A stretch of 64,000 bases of DNA, taken from a virus. Taxonomy: Duplodnaviria > Caudoviricetes. The translations under genes were made by a program, and so were the position numbers. This document shows, piece after piece, positions 9,504 through 18,629 of the stretch (its first letter is position 1; each line of letters opens with the position of its first letter). The stretch covers positions 76,447 through 140,446 of the IMG/VR virus record IMGVR_UViG_3300028533_000484, one strand, 5' to 3'. The notes beneath the pieces are model-generated. The model did no database searches. It was not told the origin of the DNA and was given only the letters and a program-made list of their open reading frames with translations.

Positions 9504-11552
9504 TTAACTTTGAATTCTTTTCTTTCCTTTCCTTTTAGGTCTATTACTTAAGAATGTACCCATTTCCTCATTAAACTTGTCTGCATAGCCTGAACTAAAA
9601 TGATTTACACTTCTTCTCATTTTTAAAGTACCAACAGCTTCTGTTAGATAATATTTAAGATCTACTGAACGTTTTGCAACGTTATATCTTTCCTGAATCA
9701 GTGTTTTCTTTGCGCGTTTTACACTCTCTCCAAGCTCTTCTTCATCTTCTGTATCTTCACTATCTATTGGTTCACCAAAGTCTGCATCAAGTTCCTCGTC
9801 AGAAGCTTTTGAAGTTGCTTCACCTTCTTCTTCTAATGTATGCTCGTAACTTTCTAAATCTGTAACTGAGAAATCTGCATACTTTGTTAATATATCCTTT
9901 TTAACAGTTTTTGGTAAAGCTTCTTTACCATCTAAACCGAGTAATAGTGCAACTGTATCCATAATAGTGTCTGCAAGCTCAAGTTTAGAGCTTGTATCTT
10001 CTGTAGCTACAGGATTAATTACATTCATTGAAAGTGTAAAAGCTGGTGTACTTACACCTCTAATAGAATCGTGAAGCCTAATTGTATCTTCAATTTCAGC
10101 ACTAATGATTCCTCTAACGTTTTCAATTAAAGTTCTAAAAGGTTTAAATAAAGTAGAAAGAGCTACACCAGACATTTGAAAACCTTCGGTAGTAGGATCG
10201 ATATATGACATTGGAATACCGGTTGCTGTAGTTAATCTAGAGTTAAAGAACTTCATTTTATCCGTAGCACCAGAATCGTTTGATCTATCAGCTTGTACTG
10301 TTTCTATTGAAACCAAATCATCGGATGTCCAAATATTTGTTGCTAAACTAGGACCTTCAATACCAGCAGCTCCAGAAACCAATCCTACATTTTCATATCT
10401 TTCTTTTACTGTATTTACAATATCGAAAGCACGACCTACAGTAGCACCATTTGTTTTTACTTTGTAAAGATGCATTGGCATGCCTAAAAGCTTTTCAAGA
10501 TCATCCAAACCCATAACTCTTTGTAACTGTTTATAAGCAGATAAACAAGCTATTAAAGGTGGTTGACCGTATGGCCAGAATTCTGAAACATTTGCATTAA
10601 ATCTAAAATGTGAAACTTGCCAAGGAGCAACTAGCTGATCCCCATAAATTCTATAACCTAGTAGATGTGGTGTGAAATATTCTACACTAGAAACCTCGGC
10701 AATGTTTTCGATGTAGTTCTTTAGTAATTCATCTCTAGATGTATATGTTACCTGTCTATTTCCAACATTAAAATCAAGATTATTTCTTCCAAAACCTCCA
10801 TTAGTTGGTGTAGCTAAGTTAACTGTAAAACCTGTACTGCCGGACTTACCGTTTCCTGCTCGCATTTGTGTACAAAATTCAGCCACTTTGGAAGGTTTAA
10901 ATTCTAATCTTTCTAGAATCTCATTTACACTAACATTGTTTAATCCAACAACACCTGCAGATGTAACTTCTTTACCTAAGAATGCCTCGCCGTATAAAAA
11001 GAGATTCCAAGCAAGAGAGTAGATTCTAGATTGATCTAAATTCCAAACATCTTTGAGTAAGAAGTTTATCTCATCTTGCCAATTTTTATCTTCACTTATA
11101 ACACTGAAAGCAGTATCTTCCGATAAAGATGCAACTTCAGAAGCAACAAGCGTAACAGCCGATTTAACAATACCTTCATTGTCACACATATATGTAAAGG
11201 CATTTAATCTTTCTTGTCTTTCAGTGATGTTAGCGTAAGTGTTTTGAGTGTCCTCAACCCATTCATCAAACAAATCCTGAACTGTTGCAGATAGTTTATT
11301 GTTACTAATAAGTTTTCCAATTAAATCCAACTCTTCTTTTTCATTTTTGTTTAAAAGTTGATTTGATGTAGGTTTTTGAATGATTTTGTATGTTGAGTTT
11401 TTCCTGTTTTTTCTACTCTTATCTTCAGTGGATCTAACTACTGCAAAGCCAAAACGAGCAGCCATTCTTTGAAAGAAGTTTGTTCTTGTAGCTGTTTTAA
11501 TATCTTGGGCTTTTTCAGCGTTATTGTCCATATTATCTTTTAAGTCTGCCAT
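9504..11552 (-). CDS. Portal protein (T4 gp20-like)
   Basis: LFLYGEAFL, PWQVSHFR, FWPYG and ATGIP motifs; acidic C-terminal tail. Confidence 0.85.
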   Translation of the reverse strand: MADLKDNMDNNAEKAQDIKTATRTNFFQRMAARFGFAVVRSTEDKSRKNRKNSTYKIIQKPTSNQLLNKNEKEELDLIGKLISNNKLSATVQDLFDEWVEDTQNTYANITERQERLNAFTYMCDNEGIVKSAVTLVASEVASLSEDTAFSVISEDKNWQDEINFLLKDVWNLDQSRIYSLAWNLFLYGEAFLGKEVTSAGVVGLNNVSVNEILERLEFKPSKVAEFCTQMRAGNGKSGSTGFTVNLATPTNGGFGRNNLDFNVGNRQVTYTSRDELLKNYIENIAEVSSVEYFTPHLLGYRIYGDQLVAPWQVSHFRFNANVSEFWPYGQPPLIACLSAYKQLQRVMGLDDLEKLLGMPMHLYKVKTNGATVGRAFDIVNTVKERYENVGLVSGAAGIEGPSLATNIWTSDDLVSIETVQADRSNDSGATDKMKFFNSRLTTATGIPMSYIDPTTEGFQMSGVALSTLFKPFRTLIENVRGIISAEIEDTIRLHDSIRGVSTPAFTLSMNVINPVATEDTSSKLELADTIMDTVALLLGLDGKEALPKTVKKDILTKYADFSVTDLESYEHTLEEEGEATSKASDEELDADFGEPIDSEDTEDEEELGESVKRAKKTLIQERYNVAKRSVDLKYYLTEAVGTLKMRRSVNHFSSGYADKFNEEMGTFLSNRPKRKGKKRIQS

Positions 11553-11564
11553 ACTTTAAGTTAG

Positions 11565-11798
11565 TTATTTACCTGTAAAATGCTTAGAATGCTTATCATT
11601 GATGCGATTACCTACAGTGTTATATAAAGCTTCATCCCCTAGAAATCGGGCTTCTTCACTTGTCATTACATCTGCAGTAATGTTGTCAGAACTTCTTTGC
11701 ATTTCACTGTTACAGTTTTTGCACAGAACGGTTTTGGTTTGCACATTAGAAAAATAACGTTTTCCTTCACATTTTGTGCAATGATAGATAATTAACAA
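11565..11798 (-). CDS. Zn-ribbon protein (FmdB-like)
   Basis: Two CxxC pairs (CTKC, CKNC). Confidence 0.65.
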   Translation of the reverse strand: MLIIYHCTKCEGKRYFSNVQTKTVLCKNCNSEMQRSSDNITADVMTSEEARFLGDEALYNTVGNRINDKHSKHFTGK

Positions 11799-11822
11799 TC
11801 TGTTGCCTCCTAGAAAATATCC

Positions 11823-13583
11823 TTAAACATTGAAGATCTCTTGCAATCTTTTATATACATCTCCTTTTACAGATTCTGACACTGAGTCCTTATCGGAATC
11901 TTCAGTATTGCTTTCTTCATCATCACTTTCTTCATCCGATTCTTCATCGTCGTTTTCTTCACCTGATTCTGTAGCTTCCTGATCTTCAGCATCTTTTTCT
12001 TTATCTGTTTTTTCAGCTTCTTGATCCTCAATATCTTTGTCATCTGGATCAACAGGATCGATACCAAAATCAAAATCAGTTAAAAGCTCTTTTAATGATT
12101 TTGCATCCTTACTTAAGTCTGTACCAGCCTCATTGATTAATAGTTCCATTTCGATATCCGTATATGATGCACCTTTTTTATCCTTCTTTTTAGGATCAAT
12201 ATCTACTACTTTACCTACAGAAGCTGCAGATTTACCGCCTGCATACTGCATACCAGTAAACATGCTTGAGCTAACTTTGTTATCACCTTTTTCAGTAGAC
12301 CTATTAAGAACACTACCTACAGCATTACCAACTGCTGTAAGTTTAGCTTTTTTTGCAGCACCATAAACTTTAGCAAGATTCCTTTGTAAAGTTGTTAAAT
12401 CTTTTAAAGCTTTTGTATCCACGTTACCTTTAATTACATCGAAAACAGCTTCTTCCCAAGTCTTACCGAGATCTGTAAGAGCCTCAAAATCAGATCTTGA
12501 AAAGTAATTATGGTAAAGAGCTAAAAGATTTTTTACAGCAGTTTGATTTTTAATAGTATCGTAATACTGCTCTACTCGAGGTTTAACGCTTTTATTTTTC
12601 CTATCCTTTGTAACCATCTTAATTTGATTAAGAATAATTTTTTCAATCTTTTTAGCATCTTCTAGAGTATTATCTTCAATAATATCTTTACCTAAATCGA
12701 CCTCTTCTGCAGCCAAAATTTGTGGAAAGTTGTTGTCTTTGATACCTTGTTTAGCAGTGCTAGTCAAGTAGGCAACTTCAGCTAACTCAACAGAGTTAAT
12801 TAACTTTGCAAAATCTGAATTACCACTAACAGCTACATATGCATACGTATCCCCATATTTTTTCTTTATTTCTTCACTAAAAACTTTAATAGAAGCCCAA
12901 GCATAGCTTGGTTGTACTTGATTATCTATGTAAGGAATAGTTACAGCCACTTTCATAGGTACTTTTTTACCGTTTTCATTTGACTGTTTGTATAGACCTC
13001 TAACATTTTCAATATTTTCTACAGCTTTTTGAAAAAGTTGAAAACCTTTAACAGAGACTGGACACGTTACACTAATAACAGCTAGATTTACCTTTGGTTT
13101 ACTGTTACTTTCAGGTGCTTTTGTAGCTTGTTGAGCTTTTAAGTCTTCAGAATTCTGAGGAATCTCAGTATCAGATTCATATAAAATATATCCTGTAGTT
13201 TCCGCATAATCTTCGTTTAATCTTTTTCCAGCAAGATGCACTTCTTCTTTTTTCTGTTCTAAAGAAATCTTATCGGATTCACCATATGTATTTACTATCT
13301 TAAACTGCTGACAATCAGGTTTAACTTTTATCCAACCTTCATCTTGATTCAGTTCTAGAATTCTAAAGTCATCTTCATATTCATAAACATTTGTTGGAGT
13401 AAACATGTTCTGAATATCTTCAGAATCAATTCTGAATTTTTCAGGTACATACAACGAGTTGAAGTGAAGCTTAAAAACTACATCTCCATTGTCGTCAAAA
13501 TAATATGTAATCTTTGCAGGATCTTCTAAACAACATCTGTTTTGAACCTTTCTAACAATTTTAACTAAGTCTTTCTTCTTCAT
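11823..13583 (-). CDS. Hypothetical virion/head protein with acidic tail
   Basis: 586 aa, portal operon, several L-x-E(S) sites. Confidence 0.75.
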   Translation of the reverse strand: MKKKDLVKIVRKVQNRCCLEDPAKITYYFDDNGDVVFKLHFNSLYVPEKFRIDSEDIQNMFTPTNVYEYEDDFRILELNQDEGWIKVKPDCQQFKIVNTYGESDKISLEQKKEEVHLAGKRLNEDYAETTGYILYESDTEIPQNSEDLKAQQATKAPESNSKPKVNLAVISVTCPVSVKGFQLFQKAVENIENVRGLYKQSNENGKKVPMKVAVTIPYIDNQVQPSYAWASIKVFSEEIKKKYGDTYAYVAVSGNSDFAKLINSVELAEVAYLTSTAKQGIKDNNFPQILAAEEVDLGKDIIEDNTLEDAKKIEKIILNQIKMVTKDRKNKSVKPRVEQYYDTIKNQTAVKNLLALYHNYFSRSDFEALTDLGKTWEEAVFDVIKGNVDTKALKDLTTLQRNLAKVYGAAKKAKLTAVGNAVGSVLNRSTEKGDNKVSSSMFTGMQYAGGKSAASVGKVVDIDPKKKDKKGASYTDIEMELLINEAGTDLSKDAKSLKELLTDFDFGIDPVDPDDKDIEDQEAEKTDKEKDAEDQEATESGEENDDEESDEESDDEESNTEDSDKDSVSESVKGDVYKRLQEIFNV

Positions 13584-13596
13584 ACAAATAAACCTA

Positions 13597-13965
13597 CTAA
13601 TCTACAGGACTCTGTGCAGCCTCACCGAATAGATCGGATCTTTCTAAAGGAATTTGTGCTAAGGCATCGTCCATATTATAAGCTTCGTTTAATCTAGTCT
13701 GAGCTGGATGCGCAATTGCTGCAAACTCATTGTCAATATCCTCATCTAAGATATCTATAATTGGTTTTTCTGAAGCTGCTTTTGTTGCTTCTTTTCCTGA
13801 TCTAAGAGCTTGTAACTCTCTATACTGAGCAGTACGTACTTCATCTACAACTTCCTCTTCTGTAGGTACCAGTTTCATAAGATTTTTCAAAAAAGTCTTT
13901 ACGGTTTGTTCAGCAACTTCTGCTGCAATTTCTACAGCTTCATCATATGTTATGTATTGTTCCAT
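13597..13965 (-). CDS. Hypothetical head-region protein
   Basis: 122 aa, SD GAGG. Confidence 0.7.
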   Translation of the reverse strand: MEQYITYDEAVEIAAEVAEQTVKTFLKNLMKLVPTEEEVVDEVRTAQYRELQALRSGKEATKAASEKPIIDILDEDIDNEFAAIAHPAQTRLNEAYNMDDALAQIPLERSDLFGEAAQSPVD

Positions 13966-13997
13966 TTTTTTAACCTCTACTATCTACAGAATATAGT

Positions 13998-15002
13998 TTA
14001 GATTTTACTTACAAGTTCTTTAAGCTCTTCATCTGGATACTGTTGCAATACCCACTTACCTATTCTTGAAGCTAAATCTTCCAAACCACCTGTTGTCTCG
14101 CTCTGAGTAACTAAGTGCTGTAAATCACTATTTTCATGATTTACATCCTCATTTTCGTTTTGATTGTTAATTAAAAGTTGTTCTGTAATCTCTGTGATTA
14201 ATTCATCTCTCTTCTTTGTATCAATAGTACCAGGAGAGTTTTCTATAAAGTTGTTAACCCAATCCTTGATATGTCTATTCAAGTCTTTATTATTGAATGT
14301 ATTAGGATATCTATCCTTTACACCTTTCAAAGCACTGTTTATAGCTGTACCGTTTCTGCAGGCAGAATATATAGCATCTACAATACGACTATGCAATCGA
14401 ACAATTGGATTTTCATTAGTTTGTGCATCTAACATGTTGCTCACAACTTTTTTCTCTGGCTCAGTATTAATTTTATTTGCTACATTTGTAAAGTAATCCT
14501 CTACAGTCATATCCGAAGGAGATGAAAGTCCACTCATTCCTAGCAATGTTTCATGAAAATGAAATGTGTCTTCTAGAAAGTTTACTGCAAGTTCATTAGC
14601 TTCGAAAGCAGAAGCTTTACCTCCAAATAAATGTTTGAAATACTGGAAGAAATCTTTATTTGAATTCTCTCTAATGTGACCAATAAGCTCTTGAATATAT
14701 CTTTTACCTTTTTCAGGTGATTTTATCACATCGTCATTAGGAAAAAAAGTTTTCTCTAAACATTTAGAATAATAAAAAAGAAATGAGGCTTGTAGTTTAG
14801 GAATAAAATTAGGACACTCTAATTGTAATCTGTATCTAAGTTTTTTCCAATTCTCATCTTGCGAATCTAACATCTGTAAAAAGGAATATATAGAACTTGT
14901 TACTTCTTGTAATTCAGGAACTGTAGCTGCATTAACATTGTTAAGAGCTGCATGAAGTTTTCCCAAATCCTGAATATATGTAAAATTTAACCTACTGCTC
15001 AC
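13998..15002 (-). CDS. Hypothetical protein
   Basis: 334 aa helical ORF in the operon. Confidence 0.75.
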   Translation of the reverse strand: MSSRLNFTYIQDLGKLHAALNNVNAATVPELQEVTSSIYSFLQMLDSQDENWKKLRYRLQLECPNFIPKLQASFLFYYSKCLEKTFFPNDDVIKSPEKGKRYIQELIGHIRENSNKDFFQYFKHLFGGKASAFEANELAVNFLEDTFHFHETLLGMSGLSSPSDMTVEDYFTNVANKINTEPEKKVVSNMLDAQTNENPIVRLHSRIVDAIYSACRNGTAINSALKGVKDRYPNTFNNKDLNRHIKDWVNNFIENSPGTIDTKKRDELITEITEQLLINNQNENEDVNHENSDLQHLVTQSETTGGLEDLASRIGKWVLQQYPDEELKELVSKI

Positions 15003-15005
15003 TTA

Positions 15006-15452
15006 TTACTCCTTTTCAGATTTTGTTGCAACCAATGCTTCTAGAGAAGCTGCTCTCAACTTTCCTAAAAAGTCTTTTAAGCACAATCCAACATCTGCAG
15101 GTGACTGAGCTTTTTTCATTCTTGAAAAGATTTCAGGTAAACCTTTTACTTCTACGAAAGGATTGGCCTTACTTACAGTTTTAGATGTAGTTTTAGTTTC
15201 AGTAGATATCTCATCACTTTTTTCAACGGAATCGTCTTCAGTTGAATCTTCATCCTCAGCTACATCATCTTCTTCATCTACCTCTTCGTCAGATGCTTCA
15301 GTATCCTCTTCATCATCCTTTTCATCATCCGGTTCAGCACCAGCCTCTTTCAAATTAAGATTATCTGAATCTTTATAATCATCAAGATTCAACATATAAT
15401 CTTCTTTAAGATTTAAAAGATTTTTTATAGCAGTGTCTTTTGATTTTTTCAT
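15006..15452 (-). CDS. Acidic prohead core/scaffold-like protein
   Basis: D/E-rich, LNLKE twice. Confidence 0.6.
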   Translation of the reverse strand: MKKSKDTAIKNLLNLKEDYMLNLDDYKDSDNLNLKEAGAEPDDEKDDEEDTEASDEEVDEEDDVAEDEDSTEDDSVEKSDEISTETKTTSKTVSKANPFVEVKGLPEIFSRMKKAQSPADVGLCLKDFLGKLRAASLEALVATKSEKE

Positions 15453-15471
15453 ATTGTTTTCCTCGCTTTAA

Positions 15472-15798
15472 TTAGTTTTTTGTTAAAAAAGTTTCAATTC
15501 TGCGGATTCTTTCAGACTGAGAACTTAAGTTTTTTTGAAATCTTTCTATAGATTCTCGAGTTAATTTCTTTGAAGTACGTTTCATGTTTTTCATTTCAAG
15601 AAGAGGATTTTTTACTTCATATTGATCTTCAACATCCTCATTTAATTTTTTCTGTCTTTTATTAAAATACTTGTTAAAATCTGCATCGAAGTTTTCTTGG
15701 AGATCTTGAAGCTCAAGCTCGTAATCTCTAGCTTGCATGTAATCAAAATCATCAAAATTAACAGTATCATTGTATGACATATCTAATAAATTATTCAT
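15472..15798 (-). CDS. Hypothetical head-region protein
   Basis: 108 aa, CTAAAT late motif upstream, LQE/KLNE sites. Confidence 0.65.
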   Translation of the reverse strand: MNNLLDMSYNDTVNFDDFDYMQARDYELELQDLQENFDADFNKYFNKRQKKLNEDVEDQYEVKNPLLEMKNMKRTSKKLTRESIERFQKNLSSQSERIRRIETFLTKN

Positions 15799-15911
15799 AT
15801 ATATATGATTTAGTTCTTACAAACAGAAAAAAGAACTTTTTTGAAATATTTATATAGTTATAAACTATAATATTACTGAAGCAAATATTAAATTAAAGTT
15901 TCTTTAACAAC

Positions 15912-15984
15912 GCATCTATAGCTTAATGGATAAAGCTTCTACCTCCTAAGTAGAGGATGCAGGTTCGATTCCTACTAGGTGCTA
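15912..15984 (+). tRNA. tRNA-Arg(CCT)
   Basis: Cloverleaf; anticodon arm TCTAC-CTCCTAA-GTAGA. Confidence 0.85.
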
Positions 15985-16084
15985 AAGGTTGGCAGTCAAA
16001 CCTTTAAGACTCCATTTTTTCTTCTGGAAATATTTTGATTTATTTTCAGAAGAAAATTAAACTTATAACAAGTGAGGTACAGAA

Positions 16085-16246
16085 TTGGAAAGATTGGAAA
16101 GAATTGTAGATTGGCTTTTCGATACACATGATAAGGTTTTGTTTGTTGAAGATATTAGTGGTTTTGGAGCTCTATTTCTTTTTGGAACTATGATTTTTGT
16201 TGCTGTGTTGTGTTGCAGCAAAAAGCTCAGAAGCAAGTTCTTTTAG
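16085..16246 (+). CDS. Small membrane protein, 53 aa
   Basis: SD GAGGT, TTG start, hydrophobic segment GALFLFGTMIFVAVLCC. Confidence 0.55.
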   Translation: MERLERIVDWLFDTHDKVLFVEDISGFGALFLFGTMIFVAVLCCSKKLRSKFF

Positions 16247-16304
16247 GTGAATTTTTCAGATTGCACTAACTATATTACAAGCATAAATTGAAGGAGTAGA
16301 TATC

Positions 16305-16415
16305 ATGACAAAGACATTTGTAACATCTAATAACATGACAAGTTCTTATCAATGCTGTGATACTATCCAATATTCATATTGTTCGTCAATCTATTTTAGA
16401 GGTGACAACAGTTGA
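16305..16415 (+). CDS. Leader peptide 1 (36 aa, MTKTFVTSNNMTSSYQCCDTIQYSYCSSIYFRGDNS)
   Basis: SD AAGGAG; four TAT codons; stop codon overlaps the antiterminator arm. Confidence 0.7.
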   Translation: MTKTFVTSNNMTSSYQCCDTIQYSYCSSIYFRGDNS

Positions 16416-16477
16416 CCTTGTGCAAATAAAAAATGTTTGAAGAGTTGCACAGGGTTCCTAGAAATAGGAACTTTTTT
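16414..16477 (+). promoter_or_regulatory. Attenuator 1 (antiterminator/terminator) upstream of tRNA-Tyr
   Basis: GACCTTGTGCAA pairs with TTGCACAGGGTT, which overlaps the terminator GGGTTCCTA-GAAA-TAGGAACTT-TTTT. Confidence 0.75.
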
Positions 16478-16494
16478 ATTCTTCAAACAAGTTT

Positions 16495-16575
16495 GGGTCA
16501 GTCGAGCAATTGGTTGCTCAGCGGACTGTAAATCCGTGGCCTATGGCATTGGGGGTTCGAATCCCTCCTGGCCCA
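16495..16575 (+). tRNA. tRNA-Tyr(GTA)
   Basis: GCGGA-CTGTAAA-TCCGT, long variable arm. Confidence 0.9.
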
Positions 16576-16670
16576 ATATCACATTAAATCAACCAGTTTG
16601 TGAAAAGAGTTAATTTTTTTAACTATAATTAAATTATTAGCACTAATTAATTAAAGAAGGAGAAAAGATT

Positions 16671-16814
16671 ATGAAAAATTTTGTAACAAAACATTCGAAC
16701 ATAATTACAAAACAGATGTGTCAATCTGCTCTCCATACACTTTGCAATATTTTTGCTGACTCTGATTTTCAAACTAATGGGAAAGTGAAATGCGAAGGAG
16801 ACTTCAAGTCTTGA
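16671..16814 (+). CDS. Leader peptide 2 (47 aa, MKNFVTKHSNIITKQMCQSALHTLCNIFADSDFQTNGKVKCEGDFKS)
   Basis: SD AAGGAG; N-terminus similar to leader 1 (MxKxFVT); stop overlaps the antiterminator arm. Confidence 0.7.
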   Translation: MKNFVTKHSNIITKQMCQSALHTLCNIFADSDFQTNGKVKCEGDFKS

Positions 16815-16875
16815 GATAATTAATAATTTAGTTATTTACAAGGCTTGAATCGAAAAGGTTCAAGCCTTTTATTTT
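16803..16875 (+). promoter_or_regulatory. Attenuator 2 upstream of tRNA-Ile
   Basis: TTCAAGTCTTG pairs with CAAGGCTTGAA, which is also the 5' arm of the terminator AAGGCTTGAATC-GAAAA-GGTTCAAGCCTT-TTATTTT. Confidence 0.75.
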
Positions 16876-16879
16876 GCTT

Positions 16880-16952
16880 AGGATGTTAGTACACCGGTTT
16901 AGTATTTTAGTCTGATAAACTAAAGAAAGAAGTTCAACTCTTCTACATCCTA
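16880..16952 (+). tRNA. tRNA-Ile(GAT)
   Basis: TTAGT-CTGATAA-ACTAA; acceptor AGGATGT/ACATCCT. Confidence 0.8.
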
Positions 16953-16967
16953 TATAGTTAAACAAAA

Positions 16968-17174
16968 GCGTCGATTAAAACTGGTTCGAGTAATTGAGGT
17001 AACGTTCAGTAAATGAAAGAACAAAGATAATAACGGACTGAGGTAGAAACATTGTCAATCTTGGGTGTCCTGCCCGTCAGAAGAGTAATACTCTTCTTCA
17101 AGAATAAGGTGACGGATTGATGGTGTTGAAGGTTGGCTGGAGACGGCAGCGATAAATCCAGTTGAGTTTGACTT
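16968..17174 (+). ncRNA. Unidentified structured RNA (~200 nt)
   Basis: Terminal pairings GTCGA/TTGAC and AACTGG/CCAGTT; internal CCGTCA/TGACGG and AGAAGAG/CTCTTCT helices; raised GC; no ORF. Confidence 0.5.
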
Positions 17175-17250
17175 ATTTTTAACATTTTTTATGAAACAGC
17201 AATTAGCTTTTCAACTATAATATATATGTTAAAAATATTAAATTATTTAT

Positions 17251-17324
17251 AGTTCCATAGAACAACAGGTCCAGTTCACGGCCCTTTCAAGGCTGAGATC
17301 CGAGTTCAAGTCTCGGTGGAACTA
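17251..17324 (+). tRNA. tRNA-Glu(TTC)
   Basis: CGGCC-CTTTCAA-GGCTG. Confidence 0.85.
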
Positions 17325-17526
17325 AAGCTTATGTTCCTAACGGTTCGACTCCGTATGAAAATCTTGAACTGTATAAGTGCGGTATAAGCCCGATGAGATG
17401 TCAAGATATAAACGGCATAGGAAAGGAAGCATCTGACTTAAGGTTTCAGGATACAGTAGTAAACCTAGCGAAGTAGCGAAGGCCAAGTGAAAAGCGAACT
17501 CTTGCAAGAATCCCTTATAATGGGTG

Positions 17527-17604
17527 AAAGTTATAGTATAATGGAAATACAACAGCCGAGGTTATCTGGGCTGGAGATTGAAGGTTCGAGTCCTTCTGAC
17601 TTTC
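17527..17604 (+). ncRNA. tRNA-like RNA with an enlarged, non-canonical anticodon arm
   Basis: Normal acceptor, D and T arms; anticodon arm CAGCC-GAGGTTATCTG-GGCTG. Confidence 0.65.
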
Positions 17605-17610
17605 ATATTT

Positions 17611-17684
17611 GCATCAGTAGCTCAGTTGGTTAGAGCGCCTGCCTTCCAAGCAGGATGTCGAGGGTTCGAGCCCCTTCTGGTGCT
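17611..17684 (+). tRNA. tRNA-Gly(TCC)
   Basis: CCTGC-CTTCCAA-GCAGG. Confidence 0.92.
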
Positions 17685-17686
17685 CT

Positions 17687-17852
17687 AGGTGCAGCAATGC
17701 CGTGGATAGCACGTTACTAGGACTAATCTAATTGTACAAAGGAATTAGCCAGAGGATATGGTAACATACCTCGTTCTACGACTAGGTTGTTAAGGATGTT
17801 ATACCTGACGTGAGACAGCCATAAAGGTTTCGTTTAGAAGATTGCTGCACCT
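17687..17852 (+). ncRNA. Unidentified structured RNA (~165 nt)
   Basis: Perfect 12-bp closing helix AGGTGCAGCAAT/ATTGCTGCACCT plus internal hairpins. Confidence 0.55.
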
Positions 17853-17927
17853 TTAAGCAGGTTGAAACGAATAGAAACTGAATCGAAAGATTCTAATGTA
17901 GGAGTAAGCACAAGAAGCTTATTGCAT

Positions 17928-18000
17928 GGGATATTGGTAAAATGGTGCATACGCCTGACTGTCACTCAGGAGAGCGCGAGTTCAATTCTCGCATATCCCG
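17928..18000 (+). tRNA. tRNA-Asp(GTC)
   Basis: CCTGA-CTGTCAC-TCAGG. Confidence 0.88.
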
Positions 18001-18009
18001 TTTTTTCTT

Positions 18010-18105
18010 GGACTGGTCGTATAGAGGTCAATTACAGGAGGAATGCGGTCCATTGGACCAAAGCCTCCTGCCATAGCTACGTAGGTTCGAATCCTACCCA
18101 GTCCG
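18010..18105 (+). ncRNA. tRNA-like RNA with a hairpin in place of the anticodon loop
   Basis: Acceptor GGACTGG/CCAGTCC; T arm GTAGG-TTCGAAT-CCTAC; stem GGAGG/CCTCC encloses 22 nt containing GGTCC-ATT-GGACC. Confidence 0.7.
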
Positions 18106-18114
18106 TAATGCATT

Positions 18115-18188
18115 GGAGTGTTAGCTCAGTTGGTAGTAGCAAGCGGCTGTTAACCGCTAGGTCGCAGGTTCGAGTCCTGCACACTCCG
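18115..18188 (+). tRNA. tRNA-Asn(GTT)
   Basis: AGCGG-CTGTTAA-CCGCT. Confidence 0.92.
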
Positions 18189-18271
18189 AAAACCTTAACA
18201 TCTTACCTTTATGGTCCTAGGGCTGTAATGTTAGGTGGGGACCACCGGAGATGTTCCTAACATTGTTTTAT

Positions 18272-18344
18272 GCTACCTTAGCAAAATGGCTAATGCGCGT
18301 GATTTGTAATCTCGAGATTGTGGGTTCGAGTCCTACAGGTAGCT
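18272..18344 (+). tRNA. tRNA-Thr(TGT)
   Basis: CGTGA-TTTGTAA-TCTCG. Confidence 0.88.
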
Positions 18345-18346
18345 TT

Positions 18347-18419
18347 CGCGGATGGGTGAAACGGAATTCATGCCAGCCTCATAAGCTGAAGATAGCAGGT
18401 TCGACTCCTGTATCCGCAA
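18347..18419 (+). tRNA. tRNA-Met(CAT), initiator-like
   Basis: CAT anticodon, C1:A72 mismatch. Confidence 0.8.
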
Positions 18420-18421
18420 TA

Positions 18422-18549
18422 AAAACATTTAGCGGTTTGTGAAAGTGGAAGGCATTCCTTTGGACGACATGAAAGTCATAGCAAATCATAATCGAAACTG
18501 GTAAGCCTTAGCGCTGAGTACACTTACCGTTGAGTAGGCTAAATGTTTT
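18422..18549 (+). ncRNA. Unidentified structured RNA (~128 nt)
   Basis: 12-bp closing helix AAAACATTTAGC/GCTAAATGTTTT; internal GGTAAG/CTTACC. Confidence 0.5.
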
Positions 18550-18553
18550 ACAT

Positions 18554-18625
18554 CGCCTGTTACCCAAGCAGTAAGGGAGCGGTCTGCAAAACCGTAATTC
18601 ATAGGTGCAAATCCTATACAGGTGT
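18554..18625 (+). tRNA. tRNA-Cys(GCA)
   Basis: GCGGT-CTGCAAA-ACCGT. Confidence 0.85.
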
Positions 18626-18629
18626 CTAA

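Noticed and set aside
15902-15910. Self-target of the mini-IS guide (CTTTAACAA match)
   Set aside because: Only 9 nt in AT-rich DNA and no matching TAM; expected by chance.
17527-17604. Ochre suppressor tRNA (TTA at the loop centre)
   Set aside because: The loop is not a 7-nt loop with U33, and TAA is the main stop codon. Kept as a tRNA-like RNA.
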